Notes: a model not told the origin generated them from the letters alone. A DNA stretch of 64,000 nt from Candidatus Terrybacteria bacterium RIFCSPHIGHO2_01_FULL_43_35 (GCA_001822815.1 MHSR01000008.1:49602-113601); one strand, 5' to 3'; counted from the stretch's first letter, positions 54,661 to 63,478 are shown. Translations and numbers: made by a program.

Positions 54661-55740
54661 ATGCCTAAGATTATAGCCCATCTGGATTTAGATGCCTTTT
54701 TCGCCTCAGTTGAAGAGCGCGACAAGCCGCGTTTGGCCGGTAAGCCTATTGTTGTTGGTGCGGATCCGGAAGGCGGCAAGGGTAGAGGCGTCGTCTCTAC
54801 GGCGAATTATAAAGCCCGTGAATATGGAATACATTCGGCCATGCCAATATCTCACGCTTGGCAGTTGTCGGAAAACGCGCGCAGGCAAGGCAAGCCGCCG
54901 GCGATTTTTATGAGCGGAAACTATGCTAAATATTCGCAGGTATCGCAAAAAATAATGGATATAATCCGTAAGTTTTCACCTCAAGTAGAGCAGGCAAGTG
55001 TGGACGAGGCTTATTTTAATTTGACCCAAGAGGGATCTTTTGAAAAAGCTAAAACCATTTGCCAAAATCTTAAGAAGGATATACAAGTTAAGCAAGGGCT
55101 CAGCGCATCCATAGGCTTGGGGCCAAATAAGCTTATCGCCAAGATAGCTTCAGATATGCAAAAGCCTAATGGCCTAACCATCGTTAAGGATGGAGAGGCG
55201 GCAACGTTTTTAGCGCCTTTATCTTTGCGTAAAATACCAGGCGTCGGTCCAAAAACCGAGGCTCTTTTTAATAAGATGGGCTGGAAATACGTGCGCGATC
55301 TGCAAAAGCTCAAGAAAGATGAGCTTATGGATATCCTTGGCAAGTTGGGTGAAGATATTTATTATAAGGTTCATGGTTTGGATGATTCTCTAATAGTTGA
55401 GGATTACGAAGCAAAATCAATAGGCGAGCAGGAAACTTTTCGGCAAGACGTCCGCAACCCGCAGATTTTATTTGATGCTTTGAAAGTAATGTCGCAGCAT
55501 ATTGCTGTTAGCCTTAAAAAAGATGGATTCAAAAATTTTCGCGCAGTCGTCATCACAGTACGTTTCGGTGATTTTGAAACAAAAACTCGCATGCGTACCA
55601 TAAAATCTTCTGAATCTTCGGCCGGCAAAATATATTCCGAAGGTATGAAGCTTTTAATGTCTTTTTTGGACAAACGAGAGAATCCGAAGAATAAGGCAAT
55701 ACGTTTGATCGGCGTGCGAGTAGAAAAGTTGACAAAATAA
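54661..55740 (+). CDS. dinB: DNA polymerase IV (Y-family translesion polymerase)
   Basis: 'IIAHLDLDAFFASVEERDKPRLAGKPIVVG' is the canonical DinB start; 'SVDEAYFNLT' and the little-finger domain are present. Confidence 0.85.
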   Translation: MPKIIAHLDLDAFFASVEERDKPRLAGKPIVVGADPEGGKGRGVVSTANYKAREYGIHSAMPISHAWQLSENARRQGKPPAIFMSGNYAKYSQVSQKIMDIIRKFSPQVEQASVDEAYFNLTQEGSFEKAKTICQNLKKDIQVKQGLSASIGLGPNKLIAKIASDMQKPNGLTIVKDGEAATFLAPLSLRKIPGVGPKTEALFNKMGWKYVRDLQKLKKDELMDILGKLGEDIYYKVHGLDDSLIVEDYEAKSIGEQETFRQDVRNPQILFDALKVMSQHIAVSLKKDGFKNFRAVVITVRFGDFETKTRMRTIKSSESSAGKIYSEGMKLLMSFLDKRENPKNKAIRLIGVRVEKLTK

Positions 55741-55801
55741 ATTAAATAGTTTATATTGTTAGTTAAAGAAAAAGGCAGTTCTTTTCAAGAGGAGACGGCT
55801 G

Positions 55802-55921
55802 ATGTTCAATACGACTTGGCTTGTCACTGTCTTCGTCTTCGTTGTTTCGAGGGTGACTGGTATGGGTACTATCGCTTCGCCGCCGTCAGCAAGTAGCTCC
55901 AACCTTTTTAGGTTCTTGTAA
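55802..55921 (+). CDS. Unlisted 39-codon sORF with the strongest Shine-Dalgarno seen in the window (AAGAGGAG, 7-nt spacer); hydrophobic peptide
   Basis: 'MFNTTWLVTVFVFVVSRVTGMGTIASPPSASSSNLFRFL' from my own translation. Followed by a terminator at ~55935..55973. Confidence 0.3.
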   Translation: MFNTTWLVTVFVFVVSRVTGMGTIASPPSASSSNLFRFL

Positions 55922-55934
55922 CCTTAGAAACGTA

Positions 55935-55973
55935 CCCCTGCACAGCAAAACTGTGTGGGGGTTTATTCTTTTT
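55935..55973 (+). terminator. Rho-independent terminator (cccctgcacag caaaa ctgtgtggggg + tttattcttttt)
   Basis: 11-bp stem with a G-U pair and a long T-run. Confidence 0.55.
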
Positions 55974-56000
55974 ATATATCGTGATATTTATATTTTGAGC

Positions 56001-57152
56001 ATGATTTCATTTCAAATTATCAAAAAATCAAAACGAAGTCGCGCGAGAATCGGTATACTCGAAACCGAACATGGTTTTGTTGAGACCCCTTCTTTGGTTC
56101 CCGTGGCAACGCAGGCGGCGGTGAAAACCTTATCCAGCCAGGAAGTTCTACAGACAAGAAGCCAGATGCTTATTGCCAACACCTTTCATTTGCATCTCAA
56201 ATCAGGTGAGAAATACGTAAAACAAGCGGGGGGTTTACATAAATTTATGAATTGGACCAGGCCATTAATGACCGATTCAGCCGGTTTCCAGGTATTTAGT
56301 TTGGGGTTTGGGAGTGATCTGCAGGTCGGTAAAGTTACTAAGTATTTCCCAAGAGATAGAAATAAACGCGATGTAATAACCAAAAACTCTCAACCCAAAA
56401 CCGTTAAAATTACTCCAGACGGCGTTTTCTTCCGCTCACCACTGGACGGACGGCAACTATTTATAGGTCCTAAGGAGTCCATGGCTATACAGCAGGCTTT
56501 GGGTGCGGATATTATTTTTGCTTTTGATGAATGCACATCGCCGTTTTCAACGCCTGCTTATGTGAAAGATGCGCTTAAGCGCACGCATAAATGGGCTAAA
56601 ACTTGTCTTGAAAGTAAAAAAAGCAGGCAGGCGCTTTTTGGCATTGTACAGGGCTCAAAATATAAAGAATTGCGAATTCAAAGCGCAAAGTATATCAGCT
56701 CGTTGCCATTTGACGGTTTTGGCATAGGCGGCGATCTTGGCGATAGTAAGGAAACAATGAAGAAAATTTTAAATTGGACCATTCCTTATCTGTCAGACCG
56801 AAAGCCTCGGCATTTGCTGGGTATCGGCTATTTGGAAGACATGGAAAATATCATCAAAGCTGGTATAGATTTATTCGATTGCACAGTTCCGACGCATTAT
56901 GGTCGGCGAGGCATTGCGTTTACATCCGTTGGCAAACTTAACATGAGACAGGTCCGTTTTTTGACGGATAAAAAGCCGCTTGACCCTAAGTGTTCATGCG
57001 TAGTTTGTCAGGAGTATCGTCGCAATTACATCAGTCATCTTTTCCGCGCTGGCGAAATAAGCGGCATGAAATTTCTTACACTGCATAACCTTTATTATTT
57101 CAATACTTTCGTTGAGAACATCCGTGAAAATATAAAAAATGGTAAGATATAA
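56001..57152 (+). CDS. tgt: Queuine tRNA-ribosyltransferase
   Basis: 'RSRARIGILETEHGFVETPSLVPVAT...ANTFHLHL...MTDSAGFQVFSL' and the zinc motif 'CSCVVCQEY...H'. Confidence 0.9.
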   Translation: MISFQIIKKSKRSRARIGILETEHGFVETPSLVPVATQAAVKTLSSQEVLQTRSQMLIANTFHLHLKSGEKYVKQAGGLHKFMNWTRPLMTDSAGFQVFSLGFGSDLQVGKVTKYFPRDRNKRDVITKNSQPKTVKITPDGVFFRSPLDGRQLFIGPKESMAIQQALGADIIFAFDECTSPFSTPAYVKDALKRTHKWAKTCLESKKSRQALFGIVQGSKYKELRIQSAKYISSLPFDGFGIGGDLGDSKETMKKILNWTIPYLSDRKPRHLLGIGYLEDMENIIKAGIDLFDCTVPTHYGRRGIAFTSVGKLNMRQVRFLTDKKPLDPKCSCVVCQEYRRNYISHLFRAGEISGMKFLTLHNLYYFNTFVENIRENIKNGKI

Positions 57153-57154
57153 AT

Positions 57155-57625
57155 ATGTCTTTGGCTTATCAAAAATTAATAAATCCGGTCGTAATGTGGA
57201 TGTTTGTTATCGTCGGAATTGCGGCAAGTTTTATTGTTGTGCCGGCAGGATACATATTTGAGCCCACTTTCAGCCGCCTGTTCATTTTATTCGGTATTAT
57301 CTATTGGCCGTATTTTTATTTGAACGCCGTTTATGTAAATACCGAGGCTATCAAAAGCGCCTCCGCCGTAGAGAAACTTATAACCCACGGCGTATATGGC
57401 ACAGTTCGCCATCCAATGTATTCCGCTGACCTGGTCTTGGCGTGGTCGGCATTCTTCTATGCCCCGGATTTAAGGATGTTATTCAGCGTTTTATGGACTA
57501 CTGGCGTGATTTTTTTATGGATAGAAGTTGAAGAAACGGTTCTTACGGGAAAATTTGGCAATAAATATAAGGAGTACAAATTGCAGGTACCGAAAATTAT
57601 TCCAAGGTTGCACCGCAGAAAATGA
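57155..57625 (+). CDS. Membrane methyltransferase of the ICMT/PEMT-like family
   Basis: 4-5 TM helices and 'GVYGTVRHPMYSADLV' (RHPxY motif of isoprenylcysteine/phospholipid methyltransferases). Confidence 0.55.
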   Translation: MSLAYQKLINPVVMWMFVIVGIAASFIVVPAGYIFEPTFSRLFILFGIIYWPYFYLNAVYVNTEAIKSASAVEKLITHGVYGTVRHPMYSADLVLAWSAFFYAPDLRMLFSVLWTTGVIFLWIEVEETVLTGKFGNKYKEYKLQVPKIIPRLHRRK

Positions 57626-58563
57626 GAAGGCTGATCAATATAATTGAAGTTTTGGTTGTAGCAGGTATTTTAGGCGCCATAATATATTTTTATGGCGACA
57701 AAGTGCAAATAGCCCTGCGTGTGCTAGAGCAGCGTTATTTGCCATGTCAGGCGCCCATACAATATTCACTAGGCGATTTCAGTCCAAAATTTGGTTTAAC
57801 TCAAACAGATTTTATACACGCAATTTCCGAGGCGGAAAACATTTGGGAAGAACCAATAAGCAAAGATCTTTTTGAATACAACGATGGCGGTGCGCTTAAA
57901 ATAAATTTTGTTTATGATTATCGCCAGGAAGCCACAGACCGTCTCAAAAAAATGGGGCTCACCATCAACAGCGATAAGGCCACTTACGATGCGTTGGTGA
58001 TAAGACATGATGCCTTGGTGACCCAATACAACCGGGATAAGGCTCAATATGATAAGGCCGTAAGTTTATTTGAGCAGCGCAAAAAAGCATATGAGAAAGA
58101 GGTTGATTATTGGAACAGCAAGGGCGGTGCGCCAGCGGCAGTATATGATCGTTTGAACCAAGAAAAAATAGAATTAGATATGCAAGCCGCTCAGCTTAAT
58201 CAAACGCAAGATAAAATAAATTCTTTGGTTGATGACATAAATGCGTTAGTGAGCGTTATTAACCGTCTTGTTTCGGAACTTAATCTTGATGTAGATAAAT
58301 ATAATACCGTAAGCGGCCAGCGCGGCGAGGAATTCCAGGAGGGGATATATAAAATTGATGCCACGGGGCAAGAGATCGATATTTATGAGTTTGATAATCA
58401 AACGCAGCTTGTGCGTGTTCTGACTCATGAAATGGGCCACGCTTTGGATTTAGAGCACTCCGATGATCCAACGGCCATAATGTATCGTCTAAATCAGGCT
58501 TCAAACGAGAAACTATCCCAAAGCGACATAGACTCGCTAAAAGCCAAATGCGGAGTTAAATAG
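57622..58563 (+). CDS. Membrane-anchored matrixin-like zinc metalloprotease (metzincin)
   Basis: 'VLTHEMGHALDLEHSDDPTAIMYR' gives the HExxHxxGxxH zinc site (with D for G) plus a Met-turn; N-terminal TM and a coiled-coil middle. Confidence 0.65.
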   Translation: MRRLINIIEVLVVAGILGAIIYFYGDKVQIALRVLEQRYLPCQAPIQYSLGDFSPKFGLTQTDFIHAISEAENIWEEPISKDLFEYNDGGALKINFVYDYRQEATDRLKKMGLTINSDKATYDALVIRHDALVTQYNRDKAQYDKAVSLFEQRKKAYEKEVDYWNSKGGAPAAVYDRLNQEKIELDMQAAQLNQTQDKINSLVDDINALVSVINRLVSELNLDVDKYNTVSGQRGEEFQEGIYKIDATGQEIDIYEFDNQTQLVRVLTHEMGHALDLEHSDDPTAIMYRLNQASNEKLSQSDIDSLKAKCGVK

Positions 58564-58627
58564 ACGAATGGGCGGGTTTTGCGTTCTCGCCGCCACTATT
58601 TTAGTTCCACGGTCAAGCCGTGTTAAT

Positions 58628-58656
58628 TTGACTTTTAGTAAATTTTGTAGTATAAT
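58628..58656 (+). promoter_or_regulatory. Consensus sigma70-type promoter TTGACT-17-TATAAT
   Basis: 'tTTGACTtttagtaaattttgtagTATAATg', directly upstream of a GC-rich segment with no convincing ORF. Confidence 0.5.
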
Positions 58657-58662
58657 GATATT

Positions 58663-59025
58663 ATAGAATATTGAAAAAATTCACGTCCCTCCGGCCGCGT
58701 TTCTTGATGTTTAAAGCAACGCAGCTGGAGGGAAGTGACCACGAAAGCTGGTCAGGTTGCGTAAAGGTCGGCGCAACACCAAGCCTCCCTTCAAGATTCA
58801 CTCATATGCGAATCTTCGGAGCAATAGGGCTGGGCCTGACTATCGTGGTCCTGGAGACTCTCGTGCCGAAGATCTTTGCGGCACTTGAAGAGACCCTCCT
58901 TAAGTTCTTTGTGCTTGCCCAAATGGTCATAGACAATGTCCAGGCAAGTTTAATGCGCGGTGGCCTTTAGGTCACCAGCCCCAAGAAGTAGGTCGCTTAA
59001 CCAAGCGGCCTTTTCTAGTTTTTGC
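58663..59025 (+). ncRNA. Candidate non-coding RNA (~360 nt, GC-rich, highly hairpinned), identity unknown
   Basis: Starts ~7 nt after a perfect -10. Visibly GC-rich against AT-rich flanks. Only a compositionally odd TTG-initiated 99-aa ORF without RBS is present. Ends with hairpin 'ggtggcc ttta ggtcacc' and a T-rich stretch. Confidence 0.3.
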
Positions 59026-59055
59026 ATTTTAAATTCTATTCTTTATAATGAATAT

Positions 59056-59319
59056 ATGTTTCATTTAGTACGTAAACATAAACATAATATATTTCCTCTC
59101 GTGGTTATGGTTTTGCTGGTTCTGTTTTTCTGGATATTGGCCATGTATTGGGCGCTGCACGCCAAAAACTTTTCAGAGACTACGCCGGAAATTGCTTGTG
59201 TTCAAGATTCCGACTGCTTATGCAGGACTTTTTCAGACGGTAAAATATTACCCGGGCAAGGGTTTTCTCCAGGATGCGATTTTCAAATTAACCGCTGTTT
59301 CCCTTGCGAATATTATTAA
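59056..59319 (+). CDS. Hypothetical small membrane-anchored Cys-rich protein (~87 aa)
   Basis: Internal ATG of listed ORF 58960. TM 'IFPLVVMVLLVLFFWILAMYWAL', then a region with 6 Cys. Confidence 0.3.
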   Translation: MFHLVRKHKHNIFPLVVMVLLVLFFWILAMYWALHAKNFSETTPEIACVQDSDCLCRTFSDGKILPGQGFSPGCDFQINRCFPCEYY

Positions 59320-59327
59320 ATTAATTT

Positions 59328-60557
59328 ATGAAAAAAACAAATATTTTTATCGCAAGCATATTTATTTTATCAGCCGGATTTATGCCTTCAACTGCTGTTT
59401 TGGCAGTAGCTAATTGTGACGACCAGGCTAAACCGGCTTTAGCTTGCCCCGAGGGCTACACTATGAGTTGTGTGCCCGTTGGTGGTGATCATTGGGCCTG
59501 CGCCAAATTGATAAACGGCCAATTCGTTATGACGTCAGATAACAGCCATATGCAGGATGTGGGGGTCGTCAGCCACATGACCGTATCTGATCTGGGCATC
59601 CCAAATGTCGGCATGCTGCCAAACAATCCGCTATATTTTTTGAAAGAATGGGGCAGAAAACTCAACCGCTTTTTTATTTTCGATAAAGTAAAAAAGACTG
59701 AATTTGAACTTAAGGTTGCCAACGAAAAAGCCGCAGAACTTTTAGAATTGCACGCAGATAATCCTAACAACTCTGAGGCTATATTCAAAGCCGAACAAAA
59801 TTACCAGCAAGCTATGGATCGTCTGAAAGATAACCTGGAACGGCTTAAAGATAATTCGCAGAACCCCAATGTACAAACACTTATTGATAGATTGGATGAG
59901 CGTATTTCTAAACACCAGGACCTTTTCACAAAATTAGAGGAACGGCATTTTGGCGATACGCAGTTTGAGACTATGGTGATGGGTGCGCGCGATAAGATGG
60001 AGAAAGTTTTATCTTTTGTTGCCGAAAAGAATATCAATATCCAGCAAAAAGCCCAGGAAGCGATTAAGAGTGCTGAGGTAGTCATCACCGAACTTCAAAT
60101 CGCGTTGCCCGTTGGATCAACAAACCGTATCGCTTGCAATGAGAATATAGCTCCGGTCTGCGAAGAACCCAAAATATTAGAATGTCTCAATGGTGAATGG
60201 GTTTGTGTGGGGCCGGCAAGTCCGGGCGGAATAATTGATATGATGTCAAACGTTGCGGGAAGAGAGATAGTAGCCAACAATTTTCTGGAACAGGCACAAA
60301 ACAGACTTGTCCGAGCAAAGGAGAATTATGATGCGCAAAAATACGGTGAAGCATTTGGCCAGGCGCGTTCTGCAGAAGCGTTGGCCCGCGCTGCTTTGCA
60401 TATGTTAGAACAAATGTCCGGTATGCCTTCACCACCGTCTCTGCCGTCATCAGCAACACCGCCGCAGGCTTGCACTCAGGAAGCAATGGTTTGTCCGGAT
60501 GGTTCATATGTTGGCCGCACCGGGCCCAACTGCGAATTCGAGCCTTGCCCCAAGTAA
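59328..60557 (+). CDS. Secreted hypothetical protein with Cys-rich N- and C-terminal modules and a helical core
   Basis: Signal/TM sequence 'MKKTNIFIASIFILSAGFM' and Cys pairs at both ends (e.g. 'ACTQEAMVCPDGSYVGRTGPNCEFEPCPK'). Confidence 0.45.
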   Translation: MKKTNIFIASIFILSAGFMPSTAVLAVANCDDQAKPALACPEGYTMSCVPVGGDHWACAKLINGQFVMTSDNSHMQDVGVVSHMTVSDLGIPNVGMLPNNPLYFLKEWGRKLNRFFIFDKVKKTEFELKVANEKAAELLELHADNPNNSEAIFKAEQNYQQAMDRLKDNLERLKDNSQNPNVQTLIDRLDERISKHQDLFTKLEERHFGDTQFETMVMGARDKMEKVLSFVAEKNINIQQKAQEAIKSAEVVITELQIALPVGSTNRIACNENIAPVCEEPKILECLNGEWVCVGPASPGGIIDMMSNVAGREIVANNFLEQAQNRLVRAKENYDAQKYGEAFGQARSAEALARAALHMLEQMSGMPSPPSLPSSATPPQACTQEAMVCPDGSYVGRTGPNCEFEPCPK

Positions 60558-60678
60558 AATTGACAAGTATATCTTTGCCTGTTATAGTGTCCAGGCAAAG
60601 AGTTGAGTTTTAGAAATATCGTCGAGTTTCATAAATCTACTTGTATTTGCAACTTAATCTTTAAAAGTTTTAAGAACC

Positions 60679-60876
60679 ATGAAAGGTGCAATCAAAAAAC
60701 TTACCGACAAAGGTTACGGCTTTATCACCGTAGAAGGCCAGGAAAAAGACCTCTTTTTCCATAGCAATTCTTTGGTGGATGCCCAATATAGCGATCTTCA
60801 CGAGGGCGACGCAGTCACGTTTGACGTGGAAGAGTCCCCAAAGGGACCGAATGCAGTTAACGTAAAACGCGGTTAA
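60679..60876 (+). CDS. Cold-shock protein (CspA family)
   Basis: 'KGAIKKLTDKGYGFITVEG...DLFFH' contains the RNP1-like 'KGYGFI' and RNP2-like 'DLFFH' cold-shock-domain motifs. Confidence 0.85.
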   Translation: MKGAIKKLTDKGYGFITVEGQEKDLFFHSNSLVDAQYSDLHEGDAVTFDVEESPKGPNAVNVKRG

Positions 60877-60889
60877 TCTTTTGTCTTTT

Positions 60890-60922
60890 AAAAGCCTCCC
60901 CGAAAGGGGAGGCTTTTATTTT
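60890..60922 (+). terminator. Rho-independent terminator (aaagcctccccgaaaggggaggcttt + tattttat)
   Basis: Perfect 9-bp GC stem with a GAAA loop. Confidence 0.7.
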
Positions 60923-60951
60923 ATAGCAAAAATTGTAGTATAATTAAGGCT

Positions 60952-61338
60952 ATGGCAACTATAAATATTAAAACCAGGAAACAAAAACAGGTTATCGATA
61001 TTACAGATTTGGTTTATAAGGAGATTGCAAAGCAAAGTAACGGCGTATGTATTCTGTTTTTGACTCATACTACCGCAGCATTAACCACAGCCGATTTGGA
61101 TCCCGGTTCTGATTTGGATATGCTAGACGCTTTCCAGGTTATGGTGCCGGTAATGAAGTATCGTCATCCGCATAATCCCGATCATATGCCCGACCACATT
61201 TTATCTTCGCTTATCGGTTCATCGCTTTCAATTCCGGTGCGCGACGGGAAACTTGTTTTGGGTCAATGGCAAAAGATTGTCTTGATTGAGCTTGATGGGC
61301 CGCGTGATAGGCAGATCATCCTATCTTTTTTGAGTTGA
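60952..61338 (+). CDS. YjbQ/UPF0047 family protein (secondary thiamine-phosphate synthase-like)
   Basis: '...LTHTTAALTTADLDPGSD...HILSSLIGSSLSIPVRDGKLVLGQWQKIVLIELDGPR' are YjbQ signatures. Confidence 0.8.
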   Translation: MATINIKTRKQKQVIDITDLVYKEIAKQSNGVCILFLTHTTAALTTADLDPGSDLDMLDAFQVMVPVMKYRHPHNPDHMPDHILSSLIGSSLSIPVRDGKLVLGQWQKIVLIELDGPRDRQIILSFLS

Positions 61339-61426
61339 ACCAGTAGTAGGAAGCATAAAAGATTGACAAAATTATTGTATTATGGCATTATGTGAATAAG
61401 CAAACTTTGAAAACAAGGAGCTATAG

Positions 61427-62149
61427 ATGGGCGAAGATGCTCTAAAACAAAAAGTCTTTGAGGCACTTGCTTTTGATCCGCTGGCTACGGCCGAGCATAT
61501 TACCGGTCAGCATTATACTGAAGATCGTGAAACCTCTGGTCTTGGTTTGCGGTTATCAATGCGTAATAATTTTGTTAAAAATGTCATTCTTGGTGAACTT
61601 GGCGATACTCACTATAGGATTTCTTGGAAGAAATTTTTGGAAATTATTGATGATTTGGGTTTTGATATCGTGGAGGACCGGCAGTTTGAATATGTTTTGG
61701 GTCTGGGGACTATAATTTTGTATCCCACGAATTTAATAGCCGCTCATCCAAATCTTAATCTTTTACTTCACGCCACATCGTATCTTACTGAAGGAGCAGA
61801 CGAAGACCAGGAAACTTTAAATAGCGGCAATATTTATGGAACTCTTCGCATAACCGAGCCGGATAGAGAGAAGGTTTGGGAAGCGCTGGGCGCATGTCAT
61901 TGCTCGTTTGCTTTTCATGGCGACGACATAGAGCTTAACATTGATGTTCGCGAGGGCTTAAAGCTTAAGCTTGAGCGTTTGGCGACGCAAGGCCGGTTTG
62001 TTCCTTGGGGCGATACCGAGCGGTCAATGACTGTATGGCTTGCTGATTATGTTGAACATAAACACCCCGAATATTCTTCATCTCTGCGCTGGGAAAGGTT
62101 TTTGGCCGAATCTCCCCCATGGGTACGTGATTTTATAACCAAGCCATAA
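61427..62149 (+). CDS. Hypothetical cytoplasmic protein (240 aa)
   Basis: Clean ORF with an AGGAG RBS and a terminator at 62149..62176; no recognisable motif. Confidence 0.4.
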   Translation: MGEDALKQKVFEALAFDPLATAEHITGQHYTEDRETSGLGLRLSMRNNFVKNVILGELGDTHYRISWKKFLEIIDDLGFDIVEDRQFEYVLGLGTIILYPTNLIAAHPNLNLLLHATSYLTEGADEDQETLNSGNIYGTLRITEPDREKVWEALGACHCSFAFHGDDIELNIDVREGLKLKLERLATQGRFVPWGDTERSMTVWLADYVEHKHPEYSSSLRWERFLAESPPWVRDFITKP

Positions 62150-62176
62150 TCCCGCAAAAACGGGATTTTGTTTTTA
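62149..62176 (+). terminator. Rho-independent terminator (atcccgcaaaaacgggat + tttgttttt)
   Basis: Hairpin plus T-run immediately after the stop. Confidence 0.6.
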
Positions 62177-62571
62177 TTGCATCTGAATGGCTTGCGAGAA
62201 TTCTATCCAAGGGTTGTTTGCGGCGGTAGTTGTTTCGTCTTCAGGTAAGTCGGTAGCATTATCATCACCAAAACTGTGCGTGGCAGTTCTATTTGTTGTT
62301 GAGGTATTGAAGGAGCGTGTTCCGTATTCTATAACTATTCGGTCGCCGGCTTGAGCAGTTACTGAAGTGACGGCTGTAGAAGCAGGGGATTGTCTAGCGC
62401 AAGCCCCTAGTTTTCTTGGATGGCGGCATGGATGTTAAGGTGGGTGAAAAGGTGTTTACTTGCGGTCCGTGTGATAGAATTCTGATACTTGGTAATATCG
62501 AACATTCAGCAAAAGTCGGCCGGTCTGGTTGCAATTTTTTCCGGCAGAGAAAATATAATTATTTTTAAAAT

Positions 62572-62901
62572 ATGACATTTGAAGAATATCAGAAGATCTC
62601 GCGCGAAACCGCGGAATATCCGGATAAGGATAATAATTATATTTATCCTGTTTTGGGTCTGACGGGGGAGGCCGGTGAGGTGGCCGAAAAGGTAAAGAAA
62701 GTTATACGTAATGACGGCGGTAAGATGAGTGAAGATAAAAAGATAGAAATAGCCAAGGAGCTTGGAGACGTTCTTTGGTATTTAGCCCAGATCGCCACAG
62801 AATTGGGATTGAAACTTGAAGACGTGGCAAGAATGAATATTGATAAATTGAAATCGCGTAAGGAAAGAGGAACTATTGCGAGTAGCGGTGATAACAGATA
62901 A
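62572..62901 (+). CDS. MazG-like nucleotide pyrophosphohydrolase (all-alpha NTP-PPase)
   Basis: 'YPVLGLTGEAGEVAEKV' and 'ELGDVLWYLAQIATELG' are the EExxE/D metal-binding helices of MazG-family enzymes. Confidence 0.75.
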   Translation: MTFEEYQKISRETAEYPDKDNNYIYPVLGLTGEAGEVAEKVKKVIRNDGGKMSEDKKIEIAKELGDVLWYLAQIATELGLKLEDVARMNIDKLKSRKERGTIASSGDNR

Positions 62902-62919
62902 AATGACCACCGTTGATTA

Positions 62920-63426
62920 ATGGAAATAAGTATTATGAAGACAAGCAAAAATCTTATTATTGTTGGTGGCGTAGCTGCAGTTGTTGTAGTTATAATTGTC
63001 GTTTATTTGTTGATAGGAAGTTATTCTCCTGCAGGTACTAATTATACTGCGCCGGAGGAAAGCTCATCGCAAAATGTTGCGTCTTCGCCGACGCCAATTC
63101 CACCACCCGAATCTGCTCCAACGCCATCACCCGAGCCGCCGCCAGTTACATTGCCTCCACCGGCGCATTCTTCCGAAACCTTCAATGTGGCCATTTCCAA
63201 TTTTGCTTACGCGCCATCGGAAATACATATTAAAGTTGGAGATAAGATAATTTGGACAAATGAAGATTCTGTCGGACATACGGTAACAAGTGATAGCGGC
63301 AGCGAATTAGACAGCGCTCTTTTTGGCAAAAACGAAACTTATGAGCACGTATTTAATACATCCGGAAATTTCACATATCACTGTACGCCACATAAGTTTA
63401 TGACCGGTAAGGTTATAGTTGAGTAA
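62920..63426 (+). CDS. Membrane-anchored cupredoxin (type-1 blue copper protein, plastocyanin/amicyanin-like)
   Basis: N-terminal TM, Pro-rich linker, then a cupredoxin domain with 'GHTVT' (His ligand) and 'YHCTPHKFM' (the Cys-x-Pro-His-x-x-Met copper-ligand loop). Confidence 0.7.
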   Translation: MEISIMKTSKNLIIVGGVAAVVVVIIVVYLLIGSYSPAGTNYTAPEESSSQNVASSPTPIPPPESAPTPSPEPPPVTLPPPAHSSETFNVAISNFAYAPSEIHIKVGDKIIWTNEDSVGHTVTSDSGSELDSALFGKNETYEHVFNTSGNFTYHCTPHKFMTGKVIVE

Positions 63427-63478
63427 GTTTTTATACGACAAACGGCCCGCCAAATTTATGGCGGGTCTTTAAATTAAT

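Noticed and set aside
58671-58970. Listed + strand ORF (99 aa) inside the GC-rich promoter-driven locus
   Set aside because: It starts at TTG essentially at the predicted transcription start and has no RBS. Its N-terminal half has an implausible composition. It is kept only as an alternative (a possible 54-aa peptide from the ATG at 58806) to the ncRNA interpretation.
58663-59025. Identification of the candidate ncRNA as RNase P RNA, SRP RNA or tmRNA
   Set aside because: The universal motifs are absent: GGAAAGUCC / AGGGUGAAA for RNase P, GGAAGCAGCC for SRP domain IV, and a tag-peptide frame with T-arm/CCA end for tmRNA. An 8-nt match 'GGTCAGGT' to SRP RNA is too short to count.
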